DNA from: Chrysonvirus as5
Lineage: Duplodnaviria; Heunggongvirae; Uroviricota; Caudoviricetes; Straboviridae
Strand: one strand, 5' to 3'
IMG/VR virus record: IMGVR_UViG_650627007_000001
Span: 43,172-107,171 of that record
Length of the DNA: 64,000 nt
This document shows, piece by piece, positions 25,234 to 35,900 of this stretch. The position numbers and the translations under genes are program-made. The notes beneath the pieces were generated by a model. It ran no database searches and was not told the DNA's origin. It worked only from the letters and a program-made list of their open reading frames with translations. Numbering within the stretch: position 1 is the stretch's first letter; every line of letters starts with the position of its first letter.

Positions 25234-28200
25234 ATGGCTTTACAACCGCTACGCGCTACGGCAGGATTGGATGCTGCCGGACATCGCGCTATTAACTTCG
25301 GCTACCCTGATAAAACTAAAGGCGGGGACGGCGTTAACGTTGATTTCTTCACCTACGAAAACACCATTCAGCCACATAGCCCAAGCAGAACATATCCAAA
25401 GGACTTTGCTGTAACATATAACGACCGCATCTATATTAGCGAAGTCGAAATTACAGCACCGGAGCCTTTCAATCTTAACAAATGGAAAGCGACTCGCGTT
25501 GACCCATCATGGCGAGTAGTTACATCGACTGCTAACTTGCAGGGTAACGTTCGTCAAGGTGAATACATTCTATCTCAGATTGTAGGCGCAAACTCAGTAT
25601 ACACTATGCCGTTCGATGCTGCAAACAATATTCCAGCAGCGGGCGATACCGTAGTTATCAAAGACAACGGATTCGCTACCCACGATTATGAAATCGTAGT
25701 AAACGGCAACGGCAAAAAAATCAACAATCAGGCAACACATCGCATCACACTATCTGGATCTACCACTGTATTCATTTACAATGGTACCGAGTGGGTTGCT
25801 CAGTTGTGGGCACAGGGAGATTCTAATCGAACTTATGTTAGTTCGACAAGCTATATTCCCGGTGAAAACTTCTTCCGTGCTAAGGTTGGCGATCATCTTG
25901 TCCGCGAAACTCAATACGGCGGTGGCATTCGTATTCGTCTTCCTCGTTATGCAAACCATGGCGATACCATTGTAACATACGATTTGGATAGATTGAATCC
26001 ACTTACTAAAACTGAGTTTTTCGTTTACCCAAACAGTAACCATAAGATTCTAGTTGGCGTAGGCGAAACACCAGTTGACAGTGCCAAGTTTGATAGCACC
26101 GGTTGGGGTTATTTCGTGTTTGACGCGAGAATTAACCAGTGGCGCGTTTTTGATGCAGACACCAAAGCTCGTTGGAACATGATTGAATCCAATTATACAG
26201 CTATTCTTGGTGAAAAACTAGCGGTACACGCTGCAAATGCAACAGATACAATCACCGTAACGTTTCCTCAAGAAGCATCCAACGGCGATAGCTTTATCAT
26301 CGATACAAGTTATATGGTACAAGGTTCTAAGATCACAGTCAAGATCCCGGACGCACAAGCTAACGATTATATCGTTCCAGACGAAAATGCACTTGGTACT
26401 CCATATGTTAGTAAGTATCGCGACATTGTTAAAGACCTGACTAAGTTTACAACAAAGACAGAGACTTTCACAATCGACGGTCGTTCCCATCAATGGGAAT
26501 TCACTTACTTCCGAAATGCACTGGGAACTGGTCTTGATGTTTGGGTTTTGATCTCCAACACACCAATGCCATTCAGAGTTGATCGCAATGATACATCATT
26601 TGTTGGTCTAGCGGCAATCGCTACACAAGTAGAAGTAAACAAAAACAAAGAGCAAATTACAACTGGTCAAAATCGTGATTGCGAAGCATTTGTAACACCA
26701 GAAACCCTGAGTAACAAAGTCGCCACACAGACTAACCGTGGTATCGCTCGATTGGCAACTGATGCTGAATCAAAAGCAACAAGCGGTACAACCGAAGCTT
26801 GGAACAGTGTAATCATGACTCCGGAAAGAGTCAACAACAGATTGGCAACTGAGACCATGCGTGGTGTTTTGACTGTAGCAACACAAGCACAAGCTAACGC
26901 AATGAGTGGCACCGGTGAAATGTGGGCACAGACTGCAATCACTCCAAAAGTGCTGGATGGTCGCAAGTCAACCGAGACACAAACCGGTATTACTTACCAA
27001 GTTATTCAGGCTGGCGCAAAACAAGCAGAGCGTGGTACTAAAGGTGTAGGTGTTCATGATTTCGACGAGCATTACCGTTATGTAACACCAAAAGTTTTGT
27101 TCGAGAAGGTCGCTACCGAAACTTCTCAAGGTATGGGATTCGTCGCTACTCAACCAGAAACTGACGCTGGCACAGATAACCATGTTAATGGTCCGTTGCT
27201 CGTTACTGCTAAGACTCTGCAAGGACGTCAAGCTACGACAGCACTAACCGGTTTGTCAAGAGCTGTTACCGATGCGGAAATGAGTTCAAATACTCCTCCA
27301 ACTGGCGATAACATTCATGTTACACCGGATGCGATTGTTAAGCGTACTGCAAACGAAACCCGCTGGGGTCTAGCAGAAACGGCAACACAGGCAGAAGTCG
27401 ATGCTGGCACTTTGCATGATCGTTGGTTTGTAACTCCAAAAACATTCGGAGTATGGTTGAATGGTACACGGTTAACAGTTGATGTGTCAAGCGGTTTAAC
27501 CACTGCTGGTACAATCTGGGCAGGACAGAGTTTTAATATCGTAGAATCAACCGAAACACAACGCGGAACATTGCGTACTGCAACACAAGCAGAAACAAAC
27601 ACAATGATTAATCCGCTTGATAACGTGATGATTACGCCTAAGAAATTGAACGACAGAAAAGCAAGTGAAACCCTGACTGGTATTATTGAGATCGCGACTA
27701 AGGCAGAATCCGACGCTGGCACAGATGCAACTCGCGCAATGACTCCAATTCGTGTTCTTGATTCTATGCGCACAAGCGCGAACCACAGAATGAATGAATC
27801 TCGTTATGGCGTTGGTATGATGTGTGTTCTGGCAAATGATGCAAGCGCGAATACAGTGTGGCAAGGTGATGATATTCAAGGATCAACTCGCCCAGTTGGT
27901 CAATATGCAACGGATAATATCGTTGTTAGTCCACGAGCACTGAATACCGCATTAGCTCATTATTTGCCCCTTCTAGGTGTTGCCGAAAGTTCACGTTCTA
28001 TGGATACAGCAGACGGCACAAGAGTTAAAGCCGATGATTGGATTCGTCGTACAGTTGCACAGACTATTACCGGTGGTATGAAGTTTACCGAATCTCCAGT
28101 TATTGAACGTGCAAGCGTTGTTAGACTTGATATGATTGCAACTGGTGGCAAACAAGATACCGCAATTATGTTCAGAAACAGCACCAATAAAAATTGGTGG

Positions 28201-28947
28201 GCAAACGGCGTTCATGTTATTGACGGTGCTTATCAGGTCAGCACTATTACCGATGATGTATTCGACGCGAAAATGAGTATTTTCAGAACAGGCGATGTTC
28301 AGTTCTATAGAAACGTTTCAAACGGTGGACAAGATCCTACCGCTGATAATCATTTGGCACGTTGGAGATATAACGAAGATCGTTATGTTCGCAAGACTGG
28401 AAACGTCACTGAGACTATTACCGGATTGAAAACATTCCAGAATGATACAACATTCAGTGCTGGTAACGGCAATGCGTTCAGTATTAAAGTTGGCGGTGCA
28501 ATTGCATTAACTGGTTTGTATGCTGGAACTGATGGTGCTCTTAACATCGGTTCAAACAAAATCGCATTGAACATTAGACCGAATGGGTATACAGACCCAA
28601 CAAACCAGACACGATTCCATCCTGATGGTATTGTTGAGGCATCCAGTCAAGTTAGAACTAAAGCAACCGCACCGGTCGCAGCTAACGATTTAACCCGCAA
28701 GGATTACGTCGATAACTTGATTGATGATGTTACTAAGTCTGCCGATAGTCGTGTAAATAAGAAAGGTGACAACATGACTGGCGAATTGATTATTACATCC
28801 CCACAAGCTATTACTGCAAATGGTGATGTGACAATCAAGGAACTGCTAACAGTTAAGCGTCTGAGAATTGAAGTCGGTAACGGTGAGTTCTTGGAAATTA
28901 GACCTAACGCAGTAACCAGATCTGTTGATTTTATTTGGATTAGTTAA
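25234..28947 (+). CDS. 34: long tail fibre proximal subunit
   Basis: RATAGLDAAG N-terminus, repeated ATE...G...ATQ.E...G.....TPK motifs; divergent from rnh. Confidence 0.93.
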   Translation: MALQPLRATAGLDAAGHRAINFGYPDKTKGGDGVNVDFFTYENTIQPHSPSRTYPKDFAVTYNDRIYISEVEITAPEPFNLNKWKATRVDPSWRVVTSTANLQGNVRQGEYILSQIVGANSVYTMPFDAANNIPAAGDTVVIKDNGFATHDYEIVVNGNGKKINNQATHRITLSGSTTVFIYNGTEWVAQLWAQGDSNRTYVSSTSYIPGENFFRAKVGDHLVRETQYGGGIRIRLPRYANHGDTIVTYDLDRLNPLTKTEFFVYPNSNHKILVGVGETPVDSAKFDSTGWGYFVFDARINQWRVFDADTKARWNMIESNYTAILGEKLAVHAANATDTITVTFPQEASNGDSFIIDTSYMVQGSKITVKIPDAQANDYIVPDENALGTPYVSKYRDIVKDLTKFTTKTETFTIDGRSHQWEFTYFRNALGTGLDVWVLISNTPMPFRVDRNDTSFVGLAAIATQVEVNKNKEQITTGQNRDCEAFVTPETLSNKVATQTNRGIARLATDAESKATSGTTEAWNSVIMTPERVNNRLATETMRGVLTVATQAQANAMSGTGEMWAQTAITPKVLDGRKSTETQTGITYQVIQAGAKQAERGTKGVGVHDFDEHYRYVTPKVLFEKVATETSQGMGFVATQPETDAGTDNHVNGPLLVTAKTLQGRQATTALTGLSRAVTDAEMSSNTPPTGDNIHVTPDAIVKRTANETRWGLAETATQAEVDAGTLHDRWFVTPKTFGVWLNGTRLTVDVSSGLTTAGTIWAGQSFNIVESTETQRGTLRTATQAETNTMINPLDNVMITPKKLNDRKASETLTGIIEIATKAESDAGTDATRAMTPIRVLDSMRTSANHRMNESRYGVGMMCVLANDASANTVWQGDDIQGSTRPVGQYATDNIVVSPRALNTALAHYLPLLGVAESSRSMDTADGTRVKADDWIRRTVAQTITGGMKFTESPVIERASVVRLDMIATGGKQDTAIMFRNSTNKNWWANGVHVIDGAYQVSTITDDVFDAKMSIFRTGDVQFYRNVSNGGQDPTADNHLARWRYNEDRYVRKTGNVTETITGLKTFQNDTTFSAGNGNAFSIKVGGAIALTGLYAGTDGALNIGSNKIALNIRPNGYTDPTNQTRFHPDGIVEASSQVRTKATAPVAANDLTRKDYVDNLIDDVTKSADSRVNKKGDNMTGELIITSPQAITANGDVTIKELLTVKRLRIEVGNGEFLEIRPNAVTRSVDFIWIS

Positions 28948-28957
28948 CGGAGGCCAA

Positions 28958-31900
28958 ATGGCTGAATTAGTTATTGCCCGTGTTACAGAACAGGGTATTC
29001 AAGCTCGCGATCTGTCAGAAACATTTTCTGGCGATAACGAGTTAGTTATTAAGGGTCAACAAGGCAACGCAGGAGGTGAATGCGTTGCCACCTTAAACGG
29101 AATCAGCCTTAGCCCTTCTCAAACGAAGGGCTTAAACTGCATTCATTTGACCGAAGATTTTAAAGCAACCGGTATGGCATTTGACTTTTCAATTGCCGCG
29201 GATACAGATAGATTTACAAACTGGGTTAATAGTTTGTCTACTGGTATTATTCTTCTAATGAGTCACACAGAAAACGTGACTAATGACAAGCTTAATACAT
29301 ATTTCGATCAAATTGGTTCTGTTGGTTGGAAGTATTATTGGAATCCAGCAAAAGGAACAAATAGAAGTTCTTACGTTGCTATTATTGATTGTCCACTGAA
29401 AAAGATCATGACTGAACAATTCATGGGTCATGGTAAAACAACTATGCAAGCCCAGCTTTGTATTGTATTTGATACATTCGCTGATATTGGTGTTACCGGT
29501 TACGGTGATATGATTGCGTGGGAAGAAAACGAAGTAATATCATCCACTGCTGGATATGCAGTTGTTAAAATCATCGATAAGCCATTATCTGAGTTGAATA
29601 TCAAAGTCGGCGAATATATCGAAATGAATGCGGAAGTGTTTCACGAACAAAAAGCAATTACAGATAAAACTGGTTGCGCTCTTATTATGCAGTTCTGGAA
29701 TGGAAATACATATATTTCTGGTATGCACATTAAGCCAACTGCGGTAGATGTTTGGACGCCGGGTTCAAATATGTCTAGGGTTCCGACAAACTGCAATCGA
29801 ATTGAGTTGTCATTATATCGATATCCTAGTGTGCCAACAAGCACAGCAGCTATTGGTATGCGCGACGTAATGGTAAAGCTTAGAAAGCCGGAAGTTAATA
29901 AGTCTAGATCACATGGAACAGTTGGACAATGGGGCTTTATTACTTCTACCGCCAATGAAGGCGATGCGGAAGCGTCTTTCGTTGCTAGTTCTAAGGTAGG
30001 CGATCTAGTATCTCAATCATACGAAGAACTAGATCAAGAATGGTTGCCACAATTCGATCAAACTGGATATTTCGATATACCAGACTGGATTCCGGGTTCT
30101 AAATTCGAAGTTAGTCAAACTATCTCTTATGACTATCCAGATATTACCGATACGTGGATGCGTTCTGGTATGGGTGGAACTACCGACGGAACGGAGAATA
30201 GAAATCTAAAAGTTGGTATTAGAACAGTTCATCATGATAGAGGAGAAGGACACTTCTTTAGTTATGGAGGATTTGGATACGATTTTGATGCTAGAATCGA
30301 ATATGGTAAATCATACACATATAAGATTGAGGTTGACGGCTCAAATGTTAAGTTCTATCTGGATGGTGTAGAAGTTCAATCTGGAATCGCTACAGCTCCG
30401 TTTAAACAAATAACTCATTTTGCAGTCGGAGCAGATAAGCGAGGAAACGTTTATATGCATAAACTCCGCGGATCTGTCCATGAACTAAACATGATTGACA
30501 AAACTCGCCTGAATGGAACAAATGATCGCTTTTATAATTTCGTTAGACCCGGTCAACTAGATGATAAACGAACAGTTCCTGGCAAATCACGCTATAGCGG
30601 CAAAGAATATTTTGCTACCAACATTTCTCCTGATAATAGTGCAAATGCTCTTTATTGTGGACCTGGATCTAAACTTGTTCCCGGTGGTCTATGTGACGAA
30701 AGTAAAGATGTTTTCGTGACGATTTTAGACGCCGGCGGAAACACATTGCTTCCTGGATTGGAACTCAATAAACGATATTCTTGCGTTGTTCGTGAGATCG
30801 CTAGTCCAAGAGCAGATTGGGTACAAAGCTCAAGTCAATATTCTATCAGAAATCCACTCGATGTTAATAATGGAGCGTGGATAGCAGAAGCCGACGGTAA
30901 AAACGTTAACACAATGAAGTTTAAGATTGAGTGTGTTATTAGTCCGAAGATTAACGGCAAAGTGACTAACGTTGATTGGATTGATATTAATAAGCAAATC
31001 GCTCCATTGAATGGCGTAGATCAATATTCAGATATTCAGCCTTGGAATGGTCCCGGTGAGTTTCAAATCAAATTCAATTCTCGTTCTGGTAAAGGATATA
31101 TTCTTGAAGGTAGAACATTAACTGAAACTATCAATCAGTTTGGTGGAATTTACATTGCAACAACTGGAATATTAACTGCATACGGAAATTATGTGATTTC
31201 TACTGTAAACGGAACTCCATTCACTGCCGGAATGCAAGTTCTTGCAAATACGGATTACGTTCTTAGTGGATATATCAAGTCGGGTAGTAGAGTTGTTCGG
31301 GTTGGTGCAAGATATAATAACACCGAGTTTTTCGATGGATATATCTGGGACTTCTCACTTGATGGAAAGGGTAAAGATGATCGTTATTACAAAAATTATA
31401 ACATGAGTCGATATGATGCCTATAACAACTATGTCAAGGACGAACTGGCAAAAGCAGATGTAATCGCAAGCAAAACTTACGTTTCAGATCTGAGTTTGTT
31501 TAGCACTGCCGTTAGACAAAATGAAAAGTCGTATAAGTTCAATACCGCAACGACTCCTAGTGGAGGCACTCTGAAATTTAGTGCACCAAAGGGTTCTATT
31601 GTTCGAATTGATTTTGACATCGAAGGAGAAACTCGGATTGAGTTGAGATATTCACCGGCACAAAGTGGTAGTGCTCCATTGATCAAATCTCTTCCTGCTG
31701 GAAGATGCAAAGGGTCAGTTGCTTATAAAATCACGGACGAAGCTCCTGGCGTCTATATAAGAACGGTTGCACCTAAGCTCAATGAGGTAGTCAAGATTCA
31801 TAAGCTAAACGTCTCCAGAGTTTACACCGACGTTATTATCGAGAATTCTAGTGGAAGTGAATATAAACTAGAAGATCGAGAGACTCCGATCATGAAAACT

Positions 31901-32875
31901 GTGAATCGAACTAAGTGGATTCCTGATTACAGAACTGGATATCTTCATATTCAAAACGCTTGGAAGCCAGATCCTAAAGATTGGGCAATTCGTGTTAAGT
32001 GTAAAGCTGGTGCTCTAAAAGACGATATCAATCCTATTTTGAGCGGGCCAGTCTATGATACCAGCACGATTTGCGTTGACCAATATCGAAGTGTTAGCTC
32101 AGTTCGTGTGTTCTCCTATAATGCGGCCAAGCAGCTCAATACAGGAATAACAATCGACGCTGGTGCTAAAGTGGGTGACGAGCTTGATATATTTGTGCGT
32201 GTTGTTGGTAACACAGTCACGATAACAGTAAATGGAAAAACTGCTACCGGGGCTTGGAATCCAGATGGTACAGAAAGTATAAATTTGATCGGCGCAAGGG
32301 CTGGAGGATATAGATTCAACAATGATATCACGCTTGTTGAGTTGATTGACAGTAGCACTAAGTTGTGCAATAGCCGTCGTTATGATCTATCACAATATTC
32401 AACCGTTAAACCAGTTGATACTTTCATAGAAAACGAGTTGGGCGCAATCAAATATATTAGAATTGGTGAGATTGACGCAACAAACAAGATCTATGGATGG
32501 GATATAACTAAAGGCGAAGAAAATCAGATTGGCAGAATGAAAGACTCACATTATATCGACGGTGTTCAAATGGATCTTTTTACTACTATAAATACAAGTG
32601 GTTATAGTGCTTACTTGCACTTTGTTGGCGATAAAAGACCATATAACGCAATCGATGTTGAGCTGTATCAAATCGACGATAATAATAACGAGCAGTATAT
32701 CGGAACGTTTACTGCAATTCAGGCAATCAACGCAACTGGATATGGAATTCCAGAAAACGCTGTTGTCACTTCTTGGTTCAGTGGATTGAACACTAACAAG
32801 AAAGTTATTTTCCGTCCCCGTGGAGCAGGATCGCAACTAGCTTTAGCAGATGCGAAACCGTGGGTGGCAATCTAA
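28958..32875 (+). CDS. 35: knee/hinge protein gp35, greatly extended with lectin-like repeats
   Basis: position between 34 and 36; gp35-like N-terminal ~330 aa; GGAGG SD before ATG 28958. Confidence 0.75.
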   Translation: MAELVIARVTEQGIQARDLSETFSGDNELVIKGQQGNAGGECVATLNGISLSPSQTKGLNCIHLTEDFKATGMAFDFSIAADTDRFTNWVNSLSTGIILLMSHTENVTNDKLNTYFDQIGSVGWKYYWNPAKGTNRSSYVAIIDCPLKKIMTEQFMGHGKTTMQAQLCIVFDTFADIGVTGYGDMIAWEENEVISSTAGYAVVKIIDKPLSELNIKVGEYIEMNAEVFHEQKAITDKTGCALIMQFWNGNTYISGMHIKPTAVDVWTPGSNMSRVPTNCNRIELSLYRYPSVPTSTAAIGMRDVMVKLRKPEVNKSRSHGTVGQWGFITSTANEGDAEASFVASSKVGDLVSQSYEELDQEWLPQFDQTGYFDIPDWIPGSKFEVSQTISYDYPDITDTWMRSGMGGTTDGTENRNLKVGIRTVHHDRGEGHFFSYGGFGYDFDARIEYGKSYTYKIEVDGSNVKFYLDGVEVQSGIATAPFKQITHFAVGADKRGNVYMHKLRGSVHELNMIDKTRLNGTNDRFYNFVRPGQLDDKRTVPGKSRYSGKEYFATNISPDNSANALYCGPGSKLVPGGLCDESKDVFVTILDAGGNTLLPGLELNKRYSCVVREIASPRADWVQSSSQYSIRNPLDVNNGAWIAEADGKNVNTMKFKIECVISPKINGKVTNVDWIDINKQIAPLNGVDQYSDIQPWNGPGEFQIKFNSRSGKGYILEGRTLTETINQFGGIYIATTGILTAYGNYVISTVNGTPFTAGMQVLANTDYVLSGYIKSGSRVVRVGARYNNTEFFDGYIWDFSLDGKGKDDRYYKNYNMSRYDAYNNYVKDELAKADVIASKTYVSDLSLFSTAVRQNEKSYKFNTATTPSGGTLKFSAPKGSIVRIDFDIEGETRIELRYSPAQSGSAPLIKSLPAGRCKGSVAYKITDEAPGVYIRTVAPKLNEVVKIHKLNVSRVYTDVIIENSSGSEYKLEDRETPIMKTVNRTKWIPDYRTGYLHIQNAWKPDPKDWAIRVKCKAGALKDDINPILSGPVYDTSTICVDQYRSVSSVRVFSYNAAKQLNTGITIDAGAKVGDELDIFVRVVGNTVTITVNGKTATGAWNPDGTESINLIGARAGGYRFNNDITLVELIDSSTKLCNSRRYDLSQYSTVKPVDTFIENELGAIKYIRIGEIDATNKIYGWDITKGEENQIGRMKDSHYIDGVQMDLFTTINTSGYSAYLHFVGDKRPYNAIDVELYQIDDNNNEQYIGTFTAIQAINATGYGIPENAVVTSWFSGLNTNKKVIFRPRGAGSQLALADAKPWVAI

Positions 32876-32896
32876 TCGTACCTACCCGGTACCCTT

Positions 32897-32945
32897 AACC
32901 GTAACAATTACGGTTTTTGCCCCAACTTAGGTTGGGGCTTTTTTT
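32897..32945 (+). terminator. tandem hairpins / terminator after 35
   Basis: AACCGTAA..TTACGGTT and GCCCCAAC-TTAG-GTTGGGGC-T7. Confidence 0.8.
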
Positions 32946-32955
32946 ATTCCAATCT

Positions 32956-32963
32956 CATAAATA
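32956..32963 (+). promoter_or_regulatory. late promoter for distal fibre A
   Basis: CATAAATA. Confidence 0.7.
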
Positions 32964-32988
32964 ATGAAAACTAACATGAGGATTAGAA

Positions 32989-35900
32989 ATGGCAGATCTT
33001 AAATTAGGGTCTCAGATTGGTGGAAATCTAATCTGGCATCAAGGAATTCTGGAATTAAATCCTGTTGACGATAAACTATATTATCAAGATCAGGAAATGA
33101 TGACAACTAGAGGCAATCAAACTCTACTGGGTGCAATTAAATTCGGTACTCCGAATGATATGTACGATATTGAAAGTATGAGTGATGGGGCAGGCGGAAT
33201 TAAGCGTTATCTACGTAAGTTTAGATCTGGTGCTACATCTACTATTTGGCACGAAACTATTACCGATCGTTTATACACAATTTCAACCGGTGTTACTGAT
33301 ACCGCTCCACAATTCACGTTGAATAACGGTGATAGTGCGACGTTTCAATATCCAGTATTAACTAACAGTCCACAATCTGGATTGGGGAATGCATTAGCAA
33401 GAAAAGATTATGTTGACTCTATTGATGCGAAAAACGTTGCTAAAGCAGGCGACACGATGTCCGGGGATTTACTTTTTAACTCAACAGCAAGAAAAATTCG
33501 AGTTAACGAGATTGCTAGTATTACATCTGGATGGGATGCAGCTGGTAATTCTACCTTTTTCAAATTGGGTGCTTATGATGTATCAAAGGGTGGCGACTTA
33601 CTCGAAATAAGAGCAGCTGGTGCTGGAGTTGGAAACAGAACATCTGGATTCGATGTCAGAACAACAAAGAACATTTCAAATACACCGCTTTATGTTGGCG
33701 ACAACATGGTTTATCATCCGGGAAATAAACCTACTCCGGGCGATATCAATGCATACACAAAATCCGAAGTAGATGAAAAACATTGGATTCGAGTAAAAGA
33801 CGAACGTGCCGCAATGATTGCGCCAAACGTATTACCAAAGAGTACAATGGCAGCTTATTTCACAAATCAAAGCGACGTTAGTTCTAGCTGGGTTTCTGGA
33901 TTCACTGTGAATGGCTGGGATAGCACCTACGCAGCTTGGTCATTGTTTGCTGGTTCACGTTCAGACGTCGATCAAAATCAGTTATGGTTTAAGCATGGTC
34001 GTTCCTCATGGCTTCCTAGCTCAAGAATCTATCACGAACAAGATAAACCAACAAACGACGAACTAAATCTGGTATCTCGCGCTGGCGATAGCATGACCGG
34101 TGTTTTGAACATGAAAGTTACTGATAGTATGGGATTTGGAAAGTATTCTATCAGAATGAACAACGGTTCTATTGGTGGATTAAATCAACTGGTATTCGGA
34201 GATCCATCCGATACTACATCAGAAGGTATTGCTTGGCCGAAGACCGGCAAAAATGATAGCGCGACAACAAACGCAGAATACGATTTGTTGTGGGCACTTG
34301 ATGGTGATTTAAAGTTCAATAATAAGAGTACATACGGCGAGTGGAATAAACCAACAAACGAAGATCTAAATCTTGTTTCCAGATCTGGGGATTGGATGAA
34401 TGGTAAACTGGAAATTAGAAATGCTGAATTTGAAGTAAAACATAATAACGTTAGACGTGTTATTACTCGTCTTGGTGTGCAAAATGATGCCAAACCATTC
34501 ATGGTGTTGATTTGTCCAAAATACGTAGGCAAAGCATTACCGAAACGCGGGTTTGTTGGTCGTGTTACTTTCGAACGTGGAGCAACCACTTCAACTCTAC
34601 AATCACAGTATGTTGACATTTCTGCTGTTACTGCATACACGGCAACCGATGCGCAGATTCATTATGCTAGTTACTATGCTAATGTCAAACTTGTTTATCA
34701 CACTCACACAGACGGTATCGAATATCTGGCATTGTATCGTAACATTCAAAGTTCTGCTACTGTGTTCATAGACGGATATTTGTATGGTTCCGAAGAAATG
34801 ATTGTTATTTCGGATGCAACTGGATTAACTGTCACTGATGTTTCAACCAGAGAAAGAATCTATAGTTCTGGTAATAAACCAACAAACGAGGATCTAAATC
34901 TGGTATCTCGCGCTGGCGACACAATTACCGGGGATCTTGTGGTTAGTGGAAAAATTACGGTATCTAAAGTATTACTATCTGGCGCACAAGGGACAGAAGA
35001 AAACGCATTAACTCGTAAGGATTACGTAGATACTAAAGTAGGTACCGCAGTTCAATCGGTAACAGCTACCGGCGCAGTCAAGAGCACTGGCGGTATTAAT
35101 CCAGTAATCAGCTTGGTAAATGCAACAACAACAGAAGATGGCGCAATGTCTGCTGCTGATAAAGCCAAGTTGAATGGACTTCCTGCTGCTGCTGTGAATA
35201 AGACTGGCGATTCAATGACTGGTAGTTTGACTTTCACAAATGATAGTCAACTTGTCTGGAGTAGAAACACCGATTGGGCTAAGATTGGATTTAAAAACGA
35301 TTCCGACTCGGATGCTGATAGTTATATGTGGTTCGAAACTGGAGATAACGGAAACGAATATTTCAAGTTTAGAGTTAAACCTACTGGTTCTACTACATCG
35401 GAAGATGTGTTTTTAATAAAAAGAAACGAAACGAGATCCAACGGTAGATTTTTTGTAGATCCATCAATATCAGGTAGTGATTTAATTACGTTGATTGGGA
35501 CACCCAATCCAACCGGAACTAATGCTCGTGGTATAAGTGGATATGAATCAACAGGCACAACTCGTGAATGGGGTGTAGGTGCATATTCAGAAAATGGTGT
35601 GATTTTGTATTCCTATTTGGGATTCGGAGAAACTCCATGGAATAATGGAGTTAAAATATACGCAGATAAAGTAGTTTCTCCAACCTCGTTCAATGCTCCT
35701 GATTTTATTCAGACAACACCGCAAAGTAGTGTAGCTGGTGCGAGTACAAGAAAGGATTATGTTGATACTCAAATTGCGGCAATAGACGCGAAAAATGTTT
35801 CTAAAGCTGGCGATACTATGACTGGCGAATTGACTATGCCTAAGGTTAAAAGTGCGTTAAACTTGTTGGACAAAGCCAGTATTAGGTTTGCAGATCTGAC

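Noticed and set aside
25234-28947. Repeated ATE/ATQ motifs in gp34 as a novel repeat system
   Set aside because: Standard gp34 shaft repeats
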